Source: Anaeromyxobacteraceae bacterium
Lineage (GTDB): Bacteria; Myxococcota; Myxococcia; Myxococcales; Anaeromyxobacteraceae
Assembly (NCBI GenBank): GCA_032654565.1
Contig: JAULAX010000015.1
Span: 1,088,001-1,152,000, forward strand
Length of the DNA: 64,000 nt
Reading direction: 5' to 3'
Shown here: one piece after another, positions 59,535 to 64,000 of the stretch
Layout: every line of letters begins with the position of its first letter
Numbering within the stretch: the first letter of the stretch is position 1
Notes under the pieces: generated by a model
Told to the model about the DNA's origin: nothing
What the model saw: the letters and a program-made list of their open reading frames with translations, nothing else
Database searches by the model: none
Made by a program: the position numbers and the translations under genes

Positions 59535-60676
59535 ATGAGCCCCATCTACCGCTTCTCGATCCGATCGCTCCGCCACTTCGGCGTCTCCCGGGTTGTGGAG
59601 CTCGTCGGGCAGGCGTCTCTCGGGGAGTTGCAGGCGATCATCGTGCGGGAGTTCCGCCTCGATTGGGACCACGCCTGGGCTTTCTGGCTCGGCGGCGAGT
59701 GGTACGAGCGCGAGCTGGAGTACGGCGGCCATCCGGGCGATGGCGGCAGGGGGGAGGGCGCGCGCATCGAAGCGCTCGGCCTGGAGCCTGGCGACCTCCT
59801 GGCCCACGCGCACGACTTCGGCGAGCAGCGACGACACGTCATCACCTTGGTGGCCGTGAGCCCGCCCGAGGCTGGGGTCGCATACCCGAGGTTGGTGGAG
59901 CGGGTGGGCGAAGCGCCGTCCTACTATGGCGACGACGAGGAGGACGAGGAAGAGGAGCACGAGGTAGAGCCCCAGCCGACGGGAGTGGACCCGCCGCAGA
60001 GCCTCGTCCAGCGCGTGAAGAGGTGCTGGAAGCCTGCCCGACCCCCGGCCGACTTGGCGCGCTCACCCGGCTCTACTCGATGTCGGTGGGCGCCTGGCTC
60101 GAGGACGTAGCGCTGAGCCTCGGCCTCCTCGGCGAGCCCGCGGCGGCCGTGGCGATCGCCTCCCGCCTGGCTAGCTGGCGAGGCGCGCCTGACCCACTGG
60201 TCGAGCTGGCTGGTGAGTTGGTCGAGGCCGACCGTTCTCAGTACCCAGCGGCGCTCGCAGCGCTTCGAACTCTCTTGGCCGCCGCGGACGGCGTCCCGGA
60301 ATGGCGGTTCGGGCGTGTCGAGCGCGTCTGGGCGCGACTCCAGGCCGCCTCAGGCGATCCGACGGGAGCCGAGTCCAGGCTCCGGGCCTTGGTCGGGCGG
60401 CGCCACCTCGGCACGGAGGAGCGCGTCTCCGCCAGCGTGGCGCTCGCGGACCTGCTCGGTTCCCGCGGTGCGAGCGACGAGGCGGCGCTGCTCCGTGGTC
60501 ACGCAGCGGAGCTGGAGCGTCGGCGCGCCGAGCTGGCCGGCGGCACGGTGCGCAACGTCGGACCGCAGGTCGGCCGCAACGACCCCTGTCCGTGCGGGAG
60601 CGGGAGGAAGTTCAAGAAGTGCTGCGGCGGTGACGCCCCCTTCGCAGGAACTGGCGGGAGGCCGCACAAGGAGTGA
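59535..60676 (+). pseudogene. pRiA4b ORF-3-like domain + helical repeats + C-terminal SEC-C motif, frameshifted near 60015
   Basis: L.EL...I...[26 protein letters not shown] in one frame; [19 protein letters not shown] in another. Confidence 0.75.
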
Positions 60677-60892
60677 GTGCGAGGGGGCCGGCGGATAGTC
60701 GAAGGCCGCCCATCCGGGGCCTCCGCCGGGAGAGGCTCCGAGCAATGCGGCATACCTCGACGGCAAAGATCCGGCAAAAGTGCCCTCCATGTTCCACCGT
60801 CGGCTCCAGGGAGGCACTGGTCCTGCGCTGAACGCGTCTGTTCGGCTGCACCCCCGCCCGGTCGGTTAGCATGCGCCGCGGAGGAGGATTAC

Positions 60893-62077
60893 ATGGAACT
60901 CGAGACTGTCCTCGCGGGCGCGCAGACAGATCATGATCAGCTCGGGGCGCTGCTGCAGGCGATCCGCTCCCAGATCGCGCTGCCCGCCGACGCGCGGGTG
61001 GTCGGCGAGCCGGTGCAGGTCGTCGCTGTCGAGTACGACGGCCACCCGCGGCGAGGGATCATCGTCACCTGCCGGCGCGCTGAGGAACGCCATCAGGTCG
61101 GCCTGGCCGACGTCCGATTCGTGCCAGGGACGGGCGGGGCTCGGGTCTCCGCGCTCTACCGGGAGTGGCTCGGACTGGGACCCCTGGCGATCGAAGGGCC
61201 GGTCGACGCCCAGGCGCGCCGGCACAAGGTGGAGACGAGCGAGCTCGAGCCCGGGACTCCCGTGGACCTGGTCGTCCTGGCCTGCAAGTCGAATGCGCTG
61301 CGCTGCCGGATGGCTGGGACCGCGCGCGAGCTCACGATGAGGACCGCCGTCCGAGACGAGGTGCCCGGCGAGATCATCACGGTTCTTCCCACCAAGACCT
61401 GGACCCACGCCAGGCACCCCTACCTGTCCGGAAGGATCGAGCGGTGGCGGCTCGACGTGGCTGCGCTCGGCCTCGTGCCGCTGGCCCTTCGGCCAGAGGG
61501 CGACTGGGATATTGCAGAGGCGTACTGGAGCCGGGAGGGCAGGCCGCTCCCGGAGTGGGCCAGGTCGATGCCGACGCGGGGCCCCCGCTCCGCGTTCGTG
61601 ATGGAGCGGGTCATTCCGGGCTCAGATCCCGTGGGTGTCGACCTGGACCCGATCACCGTGGCGGTCGACCTCAAGGACGCCGATGCGGGAGGTGAGGCCG
61701 AAGCGCTGCTCATGAGCCTCCTCGGCAAGGACCTCCGCTGCCTCGACGCCCACGCCCACCTCGGCAACTGGGAGTTCACCTTCCGGCCGCAGAAGGCGCT
61801 GCGGCACTACGCGGTGGGGGTCGGGATCGGCGACCTGGCGCTCGGCACCGCATTCGACGTTGTGCTCCCCTGGGAGCTGAGGGGAAACCGCCCCTACCTG
61901 CGGTGCCTCAACGGGGCAGGGCTCGCGAGCTGGTGCCTGGGCGACCTCGAGCAGGCCGCCGCCCTGTTCCTACGGCAGCTCTGGCTCGATCCCGGAGACC
62001 ACCAGAACGCCCGCCATAGCCTGGCCAGGGTGGAGGAGGGTCGCAGCTGGAAGGAGTGCGTGGAGGCCGGACGGTGA
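60893..62077 (+). CDS. CcbP-like (calcium-binding) N-terminal domain + TPR-containing protein
   Basis: LP..A.VVGEPV.V...Y.G..RRGI...C; DLRCLDAHAHLGN, W...NRPYLRCL, LDPGDHQNAR; GGAGGA RBS. Confidence 0.7.
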   Translation: MELETVLAGAQTDHDQLGALLQAIRSQIALPADARVVGEPVQVVAVEYDGHPRRGIIVTCRRAEERHQVGLADVRFVPGTGGARVSALYREWLGLGPLAIEGPVDAQARRHKVETSELEPGTPVDLVVLACKSNALRCRMAGTARELTMRTAVRDEVPGEIITVLPTKTWTHARHPYLSGRIERWRLDVAALGLVPLALRPEGDWDIAEAYWSREGRPLPEWARSMPTRGPRSAFVMERVIPGSDPVGVDLDPITVAVDLKDADAGGEAEALLMSLLGKDLRCLDAHAHLGNWEFTFRPQKALRHYAVGVGIGDLALGTAFDVVLPWELRGNRPYLRCLNGAGLASWCLGDLEQAAALFLRQLWLDPGDHQNARHSLARVEEGRSWKECVEAGR

Positions 62078-62140
62078 TCTGGCGCCCAGCGGGCCGCTGA
62101 CTGCCGTCTCTTCGGCACGCCAGAGTTTTGGTCGAGTTTA

Positions 62141-62162
62141 TGTCTGGGCTTCACTGTATAGT
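62141..62162 (+). promoter_or_regulatory. RecA-NDp/PafBC-like promoter
   Basis: TGTCTG-N10-TATAGT upstream of GGAGG RBS and ATG 62196. Confidence 0.6.
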
Positions 62163-62195
62163 GTATGTATAAACATCCTCGAAACGGAGGCCCAC

Positions 62196-63914
62196 ATGCC
62201 CAGGACCGACGAAGCCCGCGCCGCGCTGGCCGCCATTCGAGGGGGAGCGACGCCCCGCAGCCTGGAGTCTGCCAGCCTCGAGTTCAAGGAACAGGGGCGC
62301 AGCGAGGGCGACGCGCTCAAGACCATCGCGGATGCGGCGCTCTGCTTCGCGAACGCTTCGGGCGGTGTCGTCGTCGTCGGCGTCGCAGACAACAAGGCCG
62401 GCGCCACCGCCCTCGTTGGCTGCACGCTCGAGGTTGACGCCGTCCGCCGCCGGGTATGGGAGCTCAGCCGACCACCCCTGACTGTGGACGCCTGGGAGGA
62501 GCGCGTGGGCGAAGCCCGACTGGTCTTCGTCTCCGTGCCGCAGAGTCCGGAGATCCACTCGGATCCCCAGGGGCGTGCGCCGCGGCGTATCGGTCAGGAC
62601 TGCCTGCCGATGGACCCGAGCGAGCAGATGCGACTCCGAGAGGATCGAAGAGGAATCGACCTCACCGCGAGCGAGACGGCGCTGACCATCAAGGATCTAT
62701 CCGAGCCGGCGTTGGAGAACGCCCGCGAACTGCTGGCCAAGTTCACCGACGAGCGCCGTCGCCTTGGGAGGCTCGCCAGCCAGGAACTACTTCGAGCGCT
62801 CGGCGTCATGACGAACCAGGGGCGAGTCCTGATGGCCGGGCAGCTCCTCTTCGGAAAGGCAACGACCGGAAGTCCGCCAGCCATCGTGTACGAGTACCGG
62901 GCCACCGCCGGCGGTGAGCCAAAGGCCATCGAGCGGCTCCCAGGACCGCTGCTCCCCAGCTTTCAGTCGGCCATGCAGTTGGTTCGCGCCCGGCAGACCG
63001 TCACACCGCTCAACCTGCCCGGGGGCCAGCAGGTTCAACTCGAGGACTACCCCACGTTGGCGGTCAGAGAGGCGCTCGCGAACGCCATCATCCATCGAGA
63101 CCACCACCTGTCAGGTCCGGTCAACGTGATCCACTCCCCCGAGTTCCTGACCGTGGCCTCGCCAGGACCGCTGGTGTCTGGCGTGACCCCCGAGAACATC
63201 CTGACCCACCCGTCCAAGCCCCGGAATCCCTGCCTCGCGAATGCAGCGCGGGTGCTTGGACTTGCCGAAGAGGTGGGGCGCGGTGTCGACCGAATGTTCC
63301 GCGAGATGATCGGCTCCGGCCGCGACATCCCGCGGTTCGAATCGCACCACGATCACGTTCGGGTGAGCCTGGCCGGCGGGCGGGCCAACACGCAGGTGGC
63401 GCGCTTCGTCGCCCAATTGCCCGAGCAAGAGCGCGATGACACCGACACGATGCTGGTCCTGTTTCGCCTATGCACCGTGAAGACGGTCTCGGCGCAGCAG
63501 ATCGCTCCGCTACTTCAGAAGAGCGTGCCCGAGATCGAACAGGTCTTGAGGCGGCTGTCGACCGACGCCGTTGCCATTCTCGAACCCACTCGGCTGACGA
63601 CTCGCCGGACCAATCCGGCCTATCGGCTTCGCGGCGACGTGCTGCGAGAACTGGGCTCAGCAGTTCCCTATCAACGGCGCACCGTGGACGAGATTGACCG
63701 GAAGGTGATCGCTCACGTACGCGAGTACGGGAAGGTCACCAATCGGACCGTGCAGAACATGCTGGACTTCGAGGTCCAGCGTGCGGCGGTCATCCTCAAG
63801 GACATGGTGGACCGGGGCCTGCTCAGGAAGACGTCGAAGGCGCAGCGCGGTCCTGGAGTCGAATACGGACCTGGAGCCAAGTTCCCGGGAAAGGTGAAGG
63901 CGCGGACCAAGTGA
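62196..63914 (+). CDS. Schlafen/AlbA_2 domain + HATPase_c_4-like domain + C-terminal wHTH protein
   Basis: LESASLEFKE, CFANASGG...GVAD, REALANAIIHRD, SPG, PRNP.LA, GRGVDRM. Confidence 0.88.
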   Translation: MPRTDEARAALAAIRGGATPRSLESASLEFKEQGRSEGDALKTIADAALCFANASGGVVVVGVADNKAGATALVGCTLEVDAVRRRVWELSRPPLTVDAWEERVGEARLVFVSVPQSPEIHSDPQGRAPRRIGQDCLPMDPSEQMRLREDRRGIDLTASETALTIKDLSEPALENARELLAKFTDERRRLGRLASQELLRALGVMTNQGRVLMAGQLLFGKATTGSPPAIVYEYRATAGGEPKAIERLPGPLLPSFQSAMQLVRARQTVTPLNLPGGQQVQLEDYPTLAVREALANAIIHRDHHLSGPVNVIHSPEFLTVASPGPLVSGVTPENILTHPSKPRNPCLANAARVLGLAEEVGRGVDRMFREMIGSGRDIPRFESHHDHVRVSLAGGRANTQVARFVAQLPEQERDDTDTMLVLFRLCTVKTVSAQQIAPLLQKSVPEIEQVLRRLSTDAVAILEPTRLTTRRTNPAYRLRGDVLRELGSAVPYQRRTVDEIDRKVIAHVREYGKVTNRTVQNMLDFEVQRAAVILKDMVDRGLLRKTSKAQRGPGVEYGPGAKFPGKVKARTK

Positions 63915-64000
63915 TGTGCCAGGTGCGCGACGAAAAGTACGATGGTGAGCTGAGGAAGCGGGGGTGTAGGGGACTTCGCCGTTCGCGGAGACCTGGCGGA

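Noticed and set aside
62154..62176. LexA SOS box upstream of the Schlafen gene
   Set aside because: Only TGT-N8-ACA without the CTGT/ACAG flanks; better explained as a -10 region plus local palindromes
40929..64000. Prophage, ICE or transposon call for the island
   Set aside because: No integrase, transposase, tRNA target, terminal repeats or structural genes visible; the right boundary lies outside the window

Overview
High-GC bacterial DNA. Gene content and the multicopy-type HNH gene suggest a myxobacterium such as Anaeromyxobacter (inference). About 1-41 kb is mostly housekeeping, metabolic and signalling genes: a degenerate M1 peptidase, carbonic anhydrase, a kinase/cyclase pair, ettA, topA, an S9 peptidase, a PAS hybrid kinase, long-form isocitrate lyase, hemH, polB and tesB. 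A small accessory patch at 12.4-19.5 kb holds two HNH nucleases, a YjjJ/HipA kinase and a NERD-helicase. About 41-64 kb is a dense defence/stress island: VapBC, HipBST-like, HTH+DUF6036 nucleotidyltransferase, a PafBC-like WYL pair with an extra WYL module, Fic, AbiE, SNF2-SWIM-SNF2, pRiA4b-ORF3/SEC-C, CcbP-like/TPR and Schlafen/AlbA_2. The most striking unannotated signal is a promoter motif, YGTCNS-N10-(T/G)ANNNT, found with identical spacing in front of both SNF2 helicases, the Schlafen gene and the DUF222-like HNH gene. It resembles the mycobacterial PafBC/RecA-NDp promoter and suggests a PafBC-like regulon outside Actinobacteria. Also notable: a 3 x 37-bp array of co-varying hairpins between ettA and topA, and clear operator palindromes at the TA promoters. 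No rRNA, tRNA, CRISPR array or integrase was recognised. All family calls are from motif recognition by eye, not database searches.
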